DNA of 64,000 nucleotides, taken from positions 124,001 to 188,000 of the forward strand of contig JAYWIR010000047.1 of NCBI GenBank assembly GCA_036172245.1, read 5' to 3'. The position numbers and the translations under genes are program-made. This document shows, piece by piece, positions 11,771-24,624 of the stretch. The stretch is from Raillietiella orientalis (Eukaryota). The notes under the pieces are model-generated. The model worked only from the letters and a program-made list of their open reading frames with translations. It did not search any database and was not told where the DNA came from. Each line of letters opens with the position of its first letter. The first letter of the stretch is position 1.

Positions 11771-12673
11771 GAGGAAGAGTTGGAAGGTCTCTCCGTGCTT
11801 AGTGGGGGTCAGCGGGTGGAGCGGACTTGCAGGGATGCAAGCCTGGCTCAGCGCCTGTTGAATACCCCCATTACGCTGGAGGGCAGAAAACTCTTCCCGG
11901 TGACTAAGGACCGCTCATTAGTAGCGCACCTCACTGGAGTTACCTTCCGCATGTTGAAAACCGGGGTGCAGAAGGAACTCAGTAAGTACGGCACAGTAAA
12001 CGCGCTCTGGACCAAGCCCAACGTCTTCCAAACCTATGGAAGACTGTTCAGTGACATGGCCGCAGCGCGTGTAACCGTGCACGAAAACGGCGGGCTACCC
12101 CACAAGCTCGACATCGGCAACGAGACGGTCGATGTCTGGTACGTGGGTAAGCCCAAGTACTGTGATGCCACAGGGCACCTGAAAAAACGGTGCTCTCACA
12201 TCCAGTGTTTCCTATGCGGAGAGAAGGGCCACCTCTGGAAAGTGTGCCCAAAGCGTGAAACTATGGCTCCCTCTGCTTTGAAAAAAGCCAAGGGGAAACG
12301 CGCGGAGCAAGCAAAGAAGTCTAAAGAGGCTACTGCAAGGCGTACTCAGAAGCCAGAGCCCGAACCCTCCCAGCAAACGCCGGTCGAGAAAACTCCCGAC
12401 GACGCTGGTGAGAACAAGGGCTGGCGGACGGCGAAGCCGAAAAAAGTTAAAAGAACTGAGGTCCCGAAAGCAGAAGGTGCAGCGAATCCTTTAAATAGGA
12501 AACAGCGCCTCTCATTGCTCCGCGAATGTTCGGTCGCCTTGGAGCGCGTGGGGGCCTTGGAGGCCGCCACCGGGGGAGATATCCCCCTCCTGGTTTGCGT
12601 CGAAGCCGCGATTCTCGAAGGCGAACCCTCTGTGCAAGCAGAGGAGGAGCCGTGCCGAACTCGTCAGCCGTGA
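11447..12673 (+). CDS. L1/Tx1 ORF1 (RRM-like region plus CCHC zinc knuckles); the N-terminal ~105 codons overlap the SINE-like body
   Basis: Open 408-aa frame containing VQKELSKYGTV, VDVWYVGKPKYCDATGHLKKRC and CFLCGEKGHLWKVCP. Confidence 0.75.
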   Translation: MGVDLRVLPESWSGSSPSVVKERTPIPGRTPPRRTDGVGVSPPPLQGVQRREPIPSGKLRPSEFRKRSFWVLFRGVKTGANPSKGLFGQNKEGDFPSEFPFGENQGVKEEELEGLSVLSGGQRVERTCRDASLAQRLLNTPITLEGRKLFPVTKDRSLVAHLTGVTFRMLKTGVQKELSKYGTVNALWTKPNVFQTYGRLFSDMAAARVTVHENGGLPHKLDIGNETVDVWYVGKPKYCDATGHLKKRCSHIQCFLCGEKGHLWKVCPKRETMAPSALKKAKGKRAEQAKKSKEATARRTQKPEPEPSQQTPVEKTPDDAGENKGWRTAKPKKVKRTEVPKAEGAANPLNRKQRLSLLRECSVALERVGALEAATGGDIPLLVCVEAAILEGEPSVQAEEEPCRTRQP

Positions 12674-13073
12674 GATCCCGGCACGAAAGGCCTTGAGAAG
12701 GCCGACCGCGGTCAAGGCACCTTAAAGCAGGTGATCCTGATCCTGATCCGTATGCCGGAAGTGCGTCCTCCTCCGCGGAGGCGCCTCCAAAGAAGACGGG
12801 ACGGAATTCCAAGAATCCAAGGAGGCGCATCCCTACCAAGAAGGAGGGGAACGCACCGGCAGCCGAGAGGGAAGCCGGCAGCGTGGGAACGGAGGAAGGG
12901 ATTTTCCGACTTCCACCAATGCAGTCTGCTGAGGAATCGGCCCCCATGGAGGAGGGAGAACCGGTGAGCGATGCACCCCCTCCTCCATCCGTCCCGCCCG
13001 ATCAGGTGGCGGGAGTCCCATTGCCACTTTCCCAGGAATAACACCTGGGCTTGCCTGTCGCCGTCGGATACGC

Positions 13074-13883
13074 GTGGCCTGTTGGAACGTCAACGGGCTG
13101 CGCGACGACGGCAACAGATGGGACACAGCCGCCACCCTGCGTGACTTCGACCTGGCGCTCCTGCAGGAGATCCACGTGATCACCGCGGAGAACGCCCAGG
13201 AGATCGAGAGGATCGCAGGGGGGCGGTTGCTGTGGCAATGCGGCGCCCGCAACACCTGTGGCGTCGCGTTTTTCCTGAAGCCAGCTGTCGACGCTGCCGT
13301 GAAGGGCGTGCGCTTCGACGGCGCCGGTCGGGTCGGCCAGCTGATTCTCAGATGTTCCAACACGATCGACCTCCTCGTCACAAACGTGTACGCCCCAAGC
13401 GGTCCTCTAAGGTACGAGGAGAGTAAGGCGTTCCTGGAAACCTTGAAGCGCGACTGGCTGGTGGAAGCGAACGTGCATAGGGCTCACCTGATTGCTGGCG
13501 ATTTCAACCTTCGCCTGCTCTCAGGTGATCTCCACACACAGGAACGGACGGCTAACGATTTGTGCGCCGCTATGCGCACGCGCAACTTGCTAGGGGACCT
13601 CCCGGAAATGGTCAACAGCATCGACCTCGTCTTCCTCGACGACGACCCGTGCCCACGGGTCGGCAGACGGGGGAAACTTCCGTCGGAGCTGTCTGACCAT
13701 TTCCGGTTGATTTTCGAGGTATGCCCGTGCGATAAGGACCCCCCATCCAGGGCGTGGCGTCTGTCTGGCGACTGGACGCGATTCTCAGGTACGAAACGAC
13801 ACCTTTGCCAATTCCTGAGAGGCGTCACCCTCCAGAATCTCGCCGACTGGAACCGCATGAAGGCCTTGGTTCGCAAGTTCTGA
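13074..13883 (+). pseudogene. ORF2 apurinic-like (APE) endonuclease domain
   Basis: Motifs WNVNGL, LQEIH, NVYAP, GDFN, IDLVF and SDH; the frame ends at a premature stop before the RT. Confidence 0.9.
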
Positions 13884-13907
13884 GAGGAGTTTCCCATGCA
13901 CCGCCTG

Positions 13908-14930
13908 GCCCCCGGATTCGGGATTACCAGCCGGTCACGCCGGAGCGTTTATTTAAACTCTACAAAAACGTGGTTCGAGACTCCACTAAAGGCTAACACA
14001 ACACCTGACCTGTCGGGACGCTGGGACGCAGCCCGGCGTGGCTCTCCTCGACAGTGGAGGGGGGATGAAGTACAAACAAAAAGAAAAATAAAATATAAGG
14101 AAAACAAAAAGAGTTGGGAGGGACGGGAAGGGATCACTGGCCACCGGGAGGAGGGTCCATCCTTTACAGGATGCCATTCAGGTCCATCTGCATTCTTCCC
14201 AGCTGGGGCTATTCCGTTGCTCTCACTAGAAAGCGAACAGCATATGGAATGACGTCCCTGTCGTTAGCATCATCTTATTCGTCGCGGTCATCGCTCCAAG
14301 CCGCCACGATGCCGCGGACGCAGCAAAGTGCTGTCAGGGCTGCGGCAGGCTGCAAGGCGTGCCGCACGAAAAGAAGCCAAAAACGTCTCTGAGCGCGCTG
14401 CCCACCGGGAGACCGAGGATCGTCCCAAAACATTCCCACAGTGGACGGAGGGCAGGGAAGTCAACAATCAAGTGAGGAAGGGATTCCCACTCCCCACACC
14501 TGGCACACTGAGGATTCACAGTTCCCCTCGTTCAGTAGAAGCGACGTGCGTTGCAGGGTAGACCCCAATGCAACAGCAGCAGCGCCGACTCCCACCACTT
14601 AAGAGGCAGAATCCTTGATCCATTTAATACCGGGGGCCACTTCAGCTCATCCATCAGGATGGCGAGCAGCTCTCCTTATCTTGTTAATCTACGCGGAAGG
14701 ACGCTCAGGGTGGTGGCGTCCGCCAGCTCTCCCATGGTCCAACTGCTCATCTTCTCTCTCTCTGCGATTCGATAGGGGACTTGCCACTTAGGCATCCGGC
14801 CGCTGCAGAGGGCCCTCAGTAGGGAGGGCAGTGCCGTAGCCAAAGGGGTCGTCTCTGCTCATGTGTTCCTGGCGGGACACTCCAGAATGGACCGCCGAGA
14901 GCAGGGGGCGTAATTCGAAACTCTCAGGCA
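13908..14930 (-). mobile_element. Nested 5'-truncated L1/Tx1 copy between APE and RT
   Basis: Minus-strand PQCARCGEWESLPHLIVD zinc finger and a 3' UTR that is the reverse complement of 3740-3890. Boundaries are approximate. Confidence 0.75.
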
Positions 14931-14984
14931 GTTCCAGTTGTTACTTCTATGGTTTATCTTCTCCCACAATCCAACAGATTCCTC

Positions 14985-16620
14985 CAGTCATGTGGAGGAG
15001 TTGACGGGGCTGCATACTATCCAGCCGTTCTCCTTGGCCAGTGTGGCCATGCGTCCAAGGAGAAAGCCGCATCTTATTTTCCGGCCGGGTCACAGAAGAA
15101 AAGAGGGGACCTCCGTCAATTAAGCAACTGGCGTCCGATCACGATCGTGAACACGGACGCCAAGTTGTTCGCCGGACTATGGGCTGCGCGCTTGGGGAAG
15201 GTGGCCAATTCCATAATTAGCCAGGAGCAGACTTACGCTGTTCCCGGGCGAAGTATGGAGGCCAACCTCTTCTTCGCGAGCACATGGTTTCATGTGCAGA
15301 GGTGTGAAAGCAAGAAAGAGCGAATGATTGGCAACCCCACTTTGGGGACGCCAGCCGGCCAGGGAAGGGAGACCTAGCGATCGCGGTCGATCTCCACAAG
15401 GCGTTCGATTTTCACCCGGGTTTCGCCGGGGCGTTTATTAAAAAAATAAACTTTTACAAAGACGTGCTGTGGCTGGACCATTGCGCCAGCCACGCACGAA
15501 GAAACACAGAGCCTGCCGGGTCACCGGTTCGCAGACCAGTACGGTCCACCACGGCAGCAGGGGGAGGGAGAAAAACAAAAAACTAAACACAAAGAAAAGA
15601 AAAGGTGGGAGGGTACGGCAAGGGATCACTGTTGCTGCTGGGGCCGTTGCATCCTTCGAAGGATGCCGGCAAGCTCTTCCTGTATGTTTGGATCCAGGTG
15701 GGGCCATTGCGACGCCCTCCTCAAGAATTCAGCGGCGTGCTGGATGGCACCTTTATCGCGAGGTCCTCCCGTAGCCTTGGTCCAAGCGGTGACGATCCTG
15801 CGTAGGCCGCACAGGGCTGCGTTCGACTGCGTGGACCAGGAGCTTCTGCTGAAGCTCCTATGTCGCATGGGCTTGCCACCCTCCCTACTCTCGTACCTGC
15901 GCTCCTGCTGGCGCAATGCGCTAATTAACGTCTCTTTCAGTGGACAAATAGCGTACGGCGTGCCGATGCGGCGGGGCATACGGCAGGGCAAATAGCCTCA
16001 ATTCCCTGCTCTTTAGCACCTACTTTGAGTTGGTACTGAGAGCGTGCAGGGTGACTTTGGCTGCCTTGCCTAGCTCGTGCCCCGGCACGCCCGCTGTAGC
16101 AGCCTATGCCGACGATCTTCTGCTGATGTTGCCCATGTCCGCCCCGCAGCCGCAGTCGAGGACTTCTTCGATCTGCTAAGCCGCGGGACTGGACTGCGAG
16201 TGAACAAGGCAAAGTCGTCGGTGGTGGCGGTTGGTGCGACGTGGGTCGGAAGGCCTGACTGGATCCGTTTGGGGATCCCCACGTCCAGATATCTGGAGTA
16301 CCTGGGCTCCCGTTGGGGGATTTCTGCCTCGCAAAAGCCTGGTCAGGACATCTCCGAAAAGTAGAGTTGGCGATCGGCCCGTTTTGGAAGGCAAGTTTCT
16401 CCTGCCGGAACGGGCCGCGGTGTGGAACGCGTTCACGGTTCCCATCCTCCGCTCTCTGCTTTTTGTTTGCACCGTCCCGCCCCAGTTGAAGAAACGGACG
16501 AAGGACTCCTGGGGATCGCCCTTTGGGCAAGAGGGAGGCCCCGAGTCCCCTTGAAGGACTTGTGTGCTCCGCGTCGGGATGGCGGTCTCGGCCTCCTGAC
16601 GCTGGAGCGAATGGAGAACT
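14985..16620 (+). pseudogene. ORF2 reverse transcriptase domain (disrupted)
   Basis: LSNWRPITIVNTDAK, EQTYAVPGRS, AVDLHKAFD/CVD split by an insertion, RRGIRQG, YADD at 16105-16116, GLRVNKAKS, YLEYLG and LCAPRRDGGLGL. Confidence 0.9.
15409..15818 (-). mobile_element. 410-bp 5'-truncated LINE insertion with 8-bp target-site duplication
   Basis: GCGTTCGA is duplicated at 15401-15408 and 15819-15826. The insert encodes the ORF2 C-terminus (LAGILRRMQ) and ends with AATAAA, a hairpin and AAAA on the minus strand. Confidence 0.9.
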
Positions 16621-17402
16621 AGCTGCGATGGCGCATCATGGCCATCATAGCGAAGTTATGGAGCACCCCGACAAGCCCCTTGAGTTGCTTTGCCTGCAGC
16701 GCAGCACGCGTGGGGCGTATCAATGGAGCGCGAAGGTAGTCCCTCGGAGGCGCAGCCGAGGCGACTCCCGGACGCCAGCGTGCACTCCGAGGATTGGAGT
16801 GTCTTCGGCAACTTTCTTAGGACTTCGTCCTTCGCACGCCCCCTCGAGGCGCTGGGGATCGTTGCCGGGTCGCTCCGGTTACCCTGCGCCCCCCCAGACC
16901 TCCAGGGTGTTTCAGCTGGTACAGTGGAGACGCTCCTCGTTAAGAAGCGAGGTGGCGCTGGAGGTGAGAGGCTGGGTGGCACGGTGGCAGGGTGCCTCTC
17001 ATCCAGTTGCATAATGCGAGCGTCCGCCGGGCACTCGGCCTGCCGGGCAGGTCTTGTGCAACCTCCTCGGCATTCACGCACCGGACGATTTCCACCGAAG
17101 CGGATGCGACGGTCCTTGCTCATTGTTGCTGCCTCTTTTTTTTTCAAAGAGCTCACCCGACCAAGACGTTCCTCTGTGTTCTCTCGCCTATTCTTCGTTG
17201 CTCCGGTAAAAGTTTGGCCTTCAGTCCGGCTCTGAGGATAAGAGACCGAGGCTGGCCTTTCCCTCGCAGCCACTTCGTCGCGGTCGCTCCCAGGAGGCGC
17301 TCGGAATGCGAGTCGGAGCCCCCTCGATCCGCCCTCGGACAGCCGATTCGCATCCAGCACCGTAGAGTCTCCCTCGGAAGCTATTCCCGGCCTCCCACGA
17401 GG

Positions 17403-18470
17403 ATGCCGAAGATCAGTCTCCACGCCGTCCTGACGCTCTCCCTCCTGGCGCTCGCTGCAAGTGACCTCAAGAAGCTGGTGGGTCTGGCGGCTTTGCTATA
17501 CCTCAGTGCGAATTCGCATAACGGTGAGAGGGAGCATTTGGGTCGGGGCGGGGTGGGGGAGGGGGAGCTTCCCTTCTTCGGTTCCTGACCCCCCTTCCCT
17601 CCTGAACTCTCTCACCTCTTCCTTCCCCCCCTCCTCAGGACTTTCCATTCCCGGCATCGTGATGCCTCCAATATCTCCCGCGACCATCAGCAGACCAGTC
17701 GTGTCCTACCCTGCAGTGGTGCAGCCCGTGGCGTCGTACTACCCCCTGCAGAGTCCCGTGGCCTCCTATCCCGTGCAGTCATCTCTCTCATACCCCAGCG
17801 TCTACCACCCCGGGCTCGTTCAGGACCCCATCTCCTCGGGATACGTAGATCCGACAATGATCACGTTCCCTTCTGGCCTGCCGTTCCTCAAGGCCATGTT
17901 CCCGGGCTTCAACCTGGCGCTGCGCTTCTCCTCTCAATATTCCGGAGGGATCAGGTCAGTTGGCCCTGCAAACCCGCCCCAGTAACCTTCCCTCCTGCTC
18001 TCTCTCTATGGCTCACTCAGCGCAAGAAATGCTCAGGAGCCCCGCGAGGCTGACGGTGCCGAGGAGGAGCACTGGGAGAAGCTGACGCAGCTAGACCACC
18101 TCCACTGCCTCAAGAAGCACTTGTGCTATCTGGGCAGCCTTCAGGGAGTGCCGGTCCACGCAAAGGAGAGAGTGCTGCTGGAGAGACTGAGGTAAGGATG
18201 GTTTTCCCTGCCCTGCTTCCGGGTTCCCGGGGGATCTGGGGAAGGAGGGAGACCGGACGCCTCCCATATGCCGTCGACAGCCTTTTCCCGTCTTCCAGGT
18301 CGTCCTCCAAGCTGAAGAGCGCAAAGAGGTTTGCACAAGCGCTTCGCAGCGGGAGGAGGGGGCCCCGGGCGTGCGAGGAGATCTACGCCTCCTGCCCACA
18401 TGATTTCCCGCTCATGAGGAGGATCATCGTAGGGGGTATCTCCTCCTGGGCTTCCAAAATGGAAGCATGA
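17403..18470 (+). CDS. Secreted Pro/Val/Ser/Tyr-rich protein with a C-terminal DM4/DM12-like cysteine domain, 4 exons, 259 aa
   Basis: Exons 17403-17523, 17639-17954, 18021-18191 and 18299-18470 join by GT-AG introns into one frame (780 nt). Signal peptide MPKISLHAVLTLSLLALAAS. The C-terminal HCLKKHLCYLG...FAQALRSG...CEEIYASCP resembles the arthropod DM4/DM12 pattern (assigned by eye). Confidence 0.8.
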
Positions 18471-21400
18471 AAGAGGGGAGGAGCGAAGACTCCTAATTCC
18501 TTTCGTCCCCCCCCCCCCACTCGCGCGTCAGCCGTTCCTTCCCTTCCCTGCTCGCTGCTCGCTTCCGGTGCCGCCGGAGTGTGAGCGCGCTGCCCCACAC
18601 CCTCTTCGGACCTCAGGATTCCTGCCCCTGTCTACCCTCCATTTCGAAAGAGACCGAAGCGGCGCGGTTCCTGGAGAAAGTCGGGAAAAGAAGGAAGCTT
18701 GAGAGAGCGATTTCCCCTGGAAGACGCTGGACCGGACGCTGATGAGACGGCGGACGTCCCGCCTGGAAGGAGACGGCGAGGCAGACGCTTTGTGTTTGCT
18801 TTTTTGGGGGGGGTCTCTTGCCCTCAGGGCAGGAGGTCCTCGATCGCACGCACCGGCGCATCCTCTCCCGCTACGACGTAACGATGGGAAATAAAGACGC
18901 ACGTGCATTTCGAAGCCTCCTCCTGACGGCGTTTTTGTGAAGAGCGGAACAAGGGCCCGAAAATCGGGAGGGACAGCCGGAAAGATTCTCCATCTCCCTG
19001 GAAACGACCCGGGGATCCCTCCCTCGCAGCGCCTTGGGATGCAGCTGCAGATCCCTCGAAGCAGCGAGCTTCATGGGAGGAAGGGCGGCTGAGCGGTGGG
19101 AGGAGGTTCCGTTCCTCGGACCGCTCGCTCCTGGTCTGGCGGTGCCAGCCGGGCACGCGGCACCCCTCCAAGGTTCGACCCGAGGTCTCCGGTCGCTAGG
19201 AAGGGTCAGGGAGCAGTTTCCTAAGAGGTCTCGAAGAGGAAGATGCTGCAACCTCCAGGAGCGCGGCCTCCGCGGCTCATCTGCAGGAGGAAGGAACCAC
19301 CTCGTCCCCTTGAAGGAACAGTGCCCTGCAAAGTGCCCAGCGGGCATGAGGGGTTTGCAGGGTGGCGGGAGGAGCGAGAGGGGGACGACAACGTCATCTT
19401 CCCTGTAACCTCGGACCCCGGGCCCATGACACGATCGCAGAGGGTGGCGACATCATTGCCAGCTTCCGAGGCCTCCAGCAGGGCCGAGGAGGAGCGGACA
19501 CCGGCCGATGCGCCGCCTAGGCGACCAGCCATGCACTTCGCTAGGACGCCCGCAAAGCAGCTCCGAGGAATGCCCTTGGGATACCTCGCTAGGATCAGGG
19601 ATGGCTGGATTTCTTGGTGGAGACGTCCTCGTGCCTTTCCTCCCCCTCTCCACCCCCATTCCTCGGCATCAGTTCTGGCACGCGAAGCCAGAATCGAGGC
19701 GCGACACGGCCTTCTTTGCCCCGTCTCCTCGACTGTGCATCTTCGGGAGGCCGCAGCAGCGCTCAGGCCCCAGAACAGATTTATCTCCTCCTCCCTTTAC
19801 GGTTCAGAGTTTCAGCCAGTCACCCACTTCTCCAGACTTACCCACCCTCCCGTAATCACCCCCCAAGGTCTCTCGCCGGTCGTGCAACGGAGACCGCTCT
19901 TTTCCCATCGCAGAGGATGGGAGGGGAGTGGGTACGGACCGAGGTAGGGGGTGCGTGGGTGGACAGGACACTCGCTGAGGGTAACCCCATGCTGCATCGC
20001 TCTCCCGATTCCCTCATCAGCGTAGCCTTTTTCTCCCTTTTCAAGCGGTTGTGGAGACGCAGGGACAGGGAGAGCCGTTGGAGCGCGGCCATCTTCTCCG
20101 ACCGGCCTTGCGGCGGCGAGTCGGAGGGAACCACCGTGAGGGACGCCTGTGGTGTTGCCCAGACAGCAGCGCTCAATTTCCCTGACAGCGGTGGGTCTAG
20201 GACCGCAGCAGCCTGGAGAGCGTCCCGGGAGCCCCCGCGACTACAACGTTCCAGCACGGAAGGGTACTCGAGCTGAGGGACAGAGAAGCAAAGGGTGTCC
20301 ACCACGACGCCACTCTCTGAGAGCATCCCGAGCTGCAGGAAGATATCACCACTTGCCTCCCTTCCCATCCTCTTCCCTCTCACGCTCGGATGCTCGTGGG
20401 CGCGCCAGCAGCAGCTGATTTTTAGACCTTGTCCACTTTCTAGGGGCATAGGGGGGGAGAGACGAACGAGCGCGAAGATTTCTTCAACCCCTTTGAGCAA
20501 ACAGATGGCGCGGGAAGCTGCCTCCTCGCAAAGAATGCCGCCGGTGGGCTTCCGGCCTCAGTCCTGACCGTGCGCTAGTCATCTGAGCCGGCCGACGGTG
20601 ATCCTTTTCCTCCCTTTGACGGCCCACACAGAAGCACAACCAAACTCCCCGAGGCCAAGTCCCTCACCTCCCTGCGGCCCGCCTGGTCTTTCCGCGCGGG
20701 GCCAGTTGACCAACGGCGGCTATGAGGTCGCTCGAGAAATTCCGTCCCGATCCATTCGTGAGAGCGCCGCAGGGGAGAAAAGGAAAAAGACGGCGGAGTC
20801 GCCTCCCTTCCGGCGCAGATTTTCGCGCCTCCTCCCACGCCTTCAGGCCGGCAGCTGTGGAAGGCGAACCGACGGGCAGAGCCCACCTCGGTCTACTCCG
20901 CTTGGGGAGATCCGCGCGAGCAGATCCCGGTGAGACGGTCTCGCCTCCGTCGTGCCCCTCTGACGATGGGACGGAAAGAGACGGGCTGGAAGGGAAAATT
21001 CGCGGCCCGCGCTGCGCCTGAGCCGCCGGAGGCGCCCACATACCGATGGGATGGGCGCCGCCTCTCTTCCGGTCGCTACGGGCTACAGCCACCACGTTCG
21101 GAACGGCTTCTCGGCAACCCCTCAGCGCAAAAGAAGAGTTGGGGGGCGATGACGAAGGAACGTGGGCGATTGGAAGAAGGGAACCTGAGGTTGGGAGGCC
21201 AGGGGTGTGGACGGCACTTCTAGAGTGCCCGTTGCTGCTCACCTTCCGCTCGTGTCGAGGGCGCATCACCAGAGGACGTACGCCAAAGTAGAAGCTGCTG
21301 GATCTCGGGAAAAGGCGGTAGCGCCTCCGACGTGCGCTCGGCTTGCAGCCATCGCCTCACGCAACCCTGGCGATGAACTCCTCAACTGTTGGCTTCTTCT

Positions 21401-22859
21401 TCCTGGAAGCTCCGACAGGGTAAGGCCGCTTCCCGAAAAATTTGGATTCCTGAGAGGGCCGCGGCTCTCCCTCCTCCCCGCTCCGATGAAACCGTCGAAT
21501 ACCTGAGGAAAAGAAACAGAGGAAGAAGAAGAAAGGAGAGGGCTGTGAGAGGGGAAGTCAGCAGCTGCTTGAAGCCGAAGGGAGCAGGGAGTGATGTTTT
21601 GCGTGATGGGTTGCTCAGAACTGGCCCACCCTCCCCAGAAGCCAGCTCCACGACGGTTACTCGACGCTAGTAGGGAGGCGGTCGATTTCGAGTGGTTCGG
21701 CCTGTAAGACTGCCTATGGCCTCCCCCTCACTCTTAGAATCCACGTGGACCGCTTAGGGATCAGCTGTCGTCAGGGTTGCCACCAAAACTCCGTCTCAGT
21801 GCGAAGACGGCGGCGAGCCCAGCTTCTGCTGCCCGGGCTGGGCTTTCGTCGTGTCTGACCAGGCAGGAACCACCTTCTCTCGAAGGGAGGAAGGCACTCT
21901 CGTGTGCGTGCACTGTTGGTGGGACGCGCCCCGAGGTTGGGGAACCCCGAAGAAGAAACAGGTCAATCGAGAATCCTTTCTAGAAAGTCTTTTCCGTGGG
22001 GGCTGGCTGCCAGTGCGATGGCGCAAGCGGGTCGGCGGTCACTATCTGGGAAGGGTGACGCACGCCCGTGCGGGCCGCGTTTCCCGACCGCTTTCACTTT
22101 CATTGGGTTCCTTTCTTCGAGAGGTCGAGGTTTTTGTCAGCGGGAGCCGAAAGCAGCTCATCTCGCTCCTCTGGAGGCTCCTGCGCCACGACCTTGAGAG
22201 AGGAAGGAAACGAGCGCATCTTCTCTCCTGCTGCTTTCGTCATTCCCTTTCGAAGCGCTTTCGCGAGTGGATTGCGTCCTTCCAGCTGAGACGCGAAGCC
22301 CCGGTGGAAACTTGCCGTGTCAGACGGCCCCGATGCCTCGACCTGGAGAGAGGAGCAGATCGGCTCCACAGGGATTTCGCTGCCGCCATCCCCCTCTATC
22401 CTCACCCCCCACCCCTTGCTCCCCTTCCCAAAGAATCAACCCTGAAGCCTCGGGTATTGGTGAGCAGTGACCTTGCGGTCCGAGGTGGGTGACCCTTCCC
22501 CTGCCTTCCCTCACGTGTCCCGACCTCTGTGGTTTCGGTGAGTCCCTCGGCTCACCGCAGCAAGGGGGCGAACGGTGCACCCCTCGAAGGTCCATTACCC
22601 CGTTCCAAATCCGGAGCGAAAGAGGGGAAAGGTGGGAGAAAGCAGAACCGGAATGCGAAGGAGGAATCTCGGGAAGGGATGCGCGGCGAGCAGTAGCTGT
22701 GCGGACTGCATACCCCCACGTCCGGCGTCCCGAACCAGATTGTCTTCTTGCACTTCTCGCAAGGACGCGCCACCTTGAGCGTGGGGCCGCCCGTCCCGAT
22801 CGGTGCAGTGGAAAGCGCGCAGGCCGCTTGCTAGCCATGACGGGACGGCGGGCAAGCAG

Positions 22860-24150
22860 GAAGTGCGACGGTCTTCGGCAGCGGATGCGGACGTCGGGAT
22901 TCTCTGGATGCCTTCAGCGGTAGCCGAGAGCAGGAAGTGGTCCGGATGCCCCCGTCGACTGGCTGAGATTGGAAGTCGGCCCCCCGGGATTCTTCCAGGA
23001 ATCAAGAAGTCGGTTCCTTTCGGGTTCCTTCTGTTGCGAAAATGGAGCCGTTACCATAGAGCGGGTTGATCTCCCCTTCGTGGAGTTGCCTCTCGAGAGT
23101 GCCTGAAGAACGCCCTTCAGAAAAAGTGTGGAAAATTGGAAAGCCGGACGGTGGAAGGCCCGATGGCTCTTGGAGCGTTTATCACGCTGGGCTGCATATC
23201 GTAGCGTTCCTGGTAGAAGCGATCAGCTTTGCCGGGTTCCTTTCGGAAGCTGATAGGCGTCTTCGTGCCGTTCCTCGATTCCCCGGGGATCACCCGGGAG
23301 GCGGCCTGTCTCCAGTCATGTGCAACTCTTCTTGCTGCAGAGGGAATCGACACTGAGGGATCCTCCTCTGTTCCCTTTCGGCGAATCATTGCCAATGCAC
23401 CAGTAGCGAGTGGGGGCTGCGAGAGGGGCGCGGATGGCAGGGCTTCTTTGCAACCTGAGGTTTGGCATCCGGGACACCCGCTCTGCGGGTCTGAGCAGCA
23501 TAGTGACCTCAGTCCCCTCCCCTCATCCGGAAAGCGAGGGAAGATGACGGAGGAGCCAAGGGGATGGGGCTGCACCAAGCCCACCAGAGAGCTCTCCCGA
23601 ATTCTCAACGCACGTGAAGGGAGTCGGATGCGTCCAAAAATCGCGGCAGTAAATTCTGAGCGACTCCATGGGCGCTGCGAATGCCCGGAGTTCGGGAAGA
23701 AACATTGCCATGGCTGCCTTTTGCGATGGAGCCGTATGCCATGGAGGCCCTGACTGGAGGGACGAGTGTCTGAAACGTGCTGCTTCCTTCGGAGAGCGCC
23801 TCTTCAGAGAAAATTGGGGAGCGTCCCTTCGGGGTTCTCTTCGGAGGAGGATAAAAGCAGCTCATCCTTTCCGGGTTCCCTTAGGAGAAGAAACGGAGTG
23901 GCTCCACCTCCGGGGGTCTCTTGTCTCTTCAGGGAGAATAAGGAAGAGATAGTTCCCTCCGGGGCTCCCTCCCGAGCATGAGAGAGGAACGGACTCCCTT
24001 CTCCGGAGCCCTTCCTAGATTCTTAGGGTGGTCCCTCAAGTGTTGTCTTATGAATTCAAGACCTACACGCAGCCTCGGGTGATGTGGACAGCGTCAAAGA
24101 GCTTCGTGAGAGCCCCTGAAGGAGGCGGACGACTCTTCAACACTCCTAGA
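22860..24150 (+). mobile_element. SINE-like family copy 4, lacking a clear head and split by an unrelated insert (~23110-23770)
   Basis: 22940-23100 aligns with 4370-4530 (TTGCGAAAATGGA.CCGTTACCA), and 23780-24145 aligns with 4510-4940. Confidence 0.55.
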
Positions 24151-24589
24151 GAACCAAAAGAGGGGGAAAAAAGCAGAAAAAAAAAAGCAGAAAGTAGAAA
24201 AACCCGGAAGGATTTCCAGCATCCGGAATGGGAGCAGAAGGCGGAAACTGTGCGGCGGATGTCTTTCGAGCGAGTCAGTTTCCCGCGCGCGCGCGTGGAG
24301 GACCGCGGGTCGAGGGGAGGCGGGTGCCGGCCGCCCTGCCTCCCATTCTCGGGTTCGGCGCGGGCGGGCTAGTGGACTGCTCCTCGCAGCACAAGAAGCT
24401 GCATCTCCGGACGAGAGAGGAAGTGGAAGGAGCGCAGTCGCCCGCGAGATCACCGACTTCTCGCAAGGAAGGCGCGGATCGCACGAGAGGAAACGGACGG
24501 ATTGCGAGTCAGGGCTGATTGTTCTCTGGCTGACGGCGGGTCACGCGCCACCTCCGCCTTCTTTGTGCGCAGCTTCTCCCGTTCTTTCG

Positions 24590-24591
24590 TT

Positions 24592-24623
<32 letters not shown>

Positions 24624-24624
24624 T
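24590..24624 (+). repeat. (TTTC)n microsatellite
   Basis: About 8 tandem TTTC units. Confidence 0.9.

Larger units (their letters stand above)
11447..17150 (+). mobile_element. Near full-length, inactivated L1/Tx1-clade non-LTR retrotransposon
   Basis: ORF1 with zinc knuckles, then an APE endonuclease, then RT motifs in the expected order (NWRPIT, DLHKAFD, GIRQG, YADD, YLG, GGLGL). It is broken by stops, frameshifts and two nested minus-strand insertions. Confidence 0.9.
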
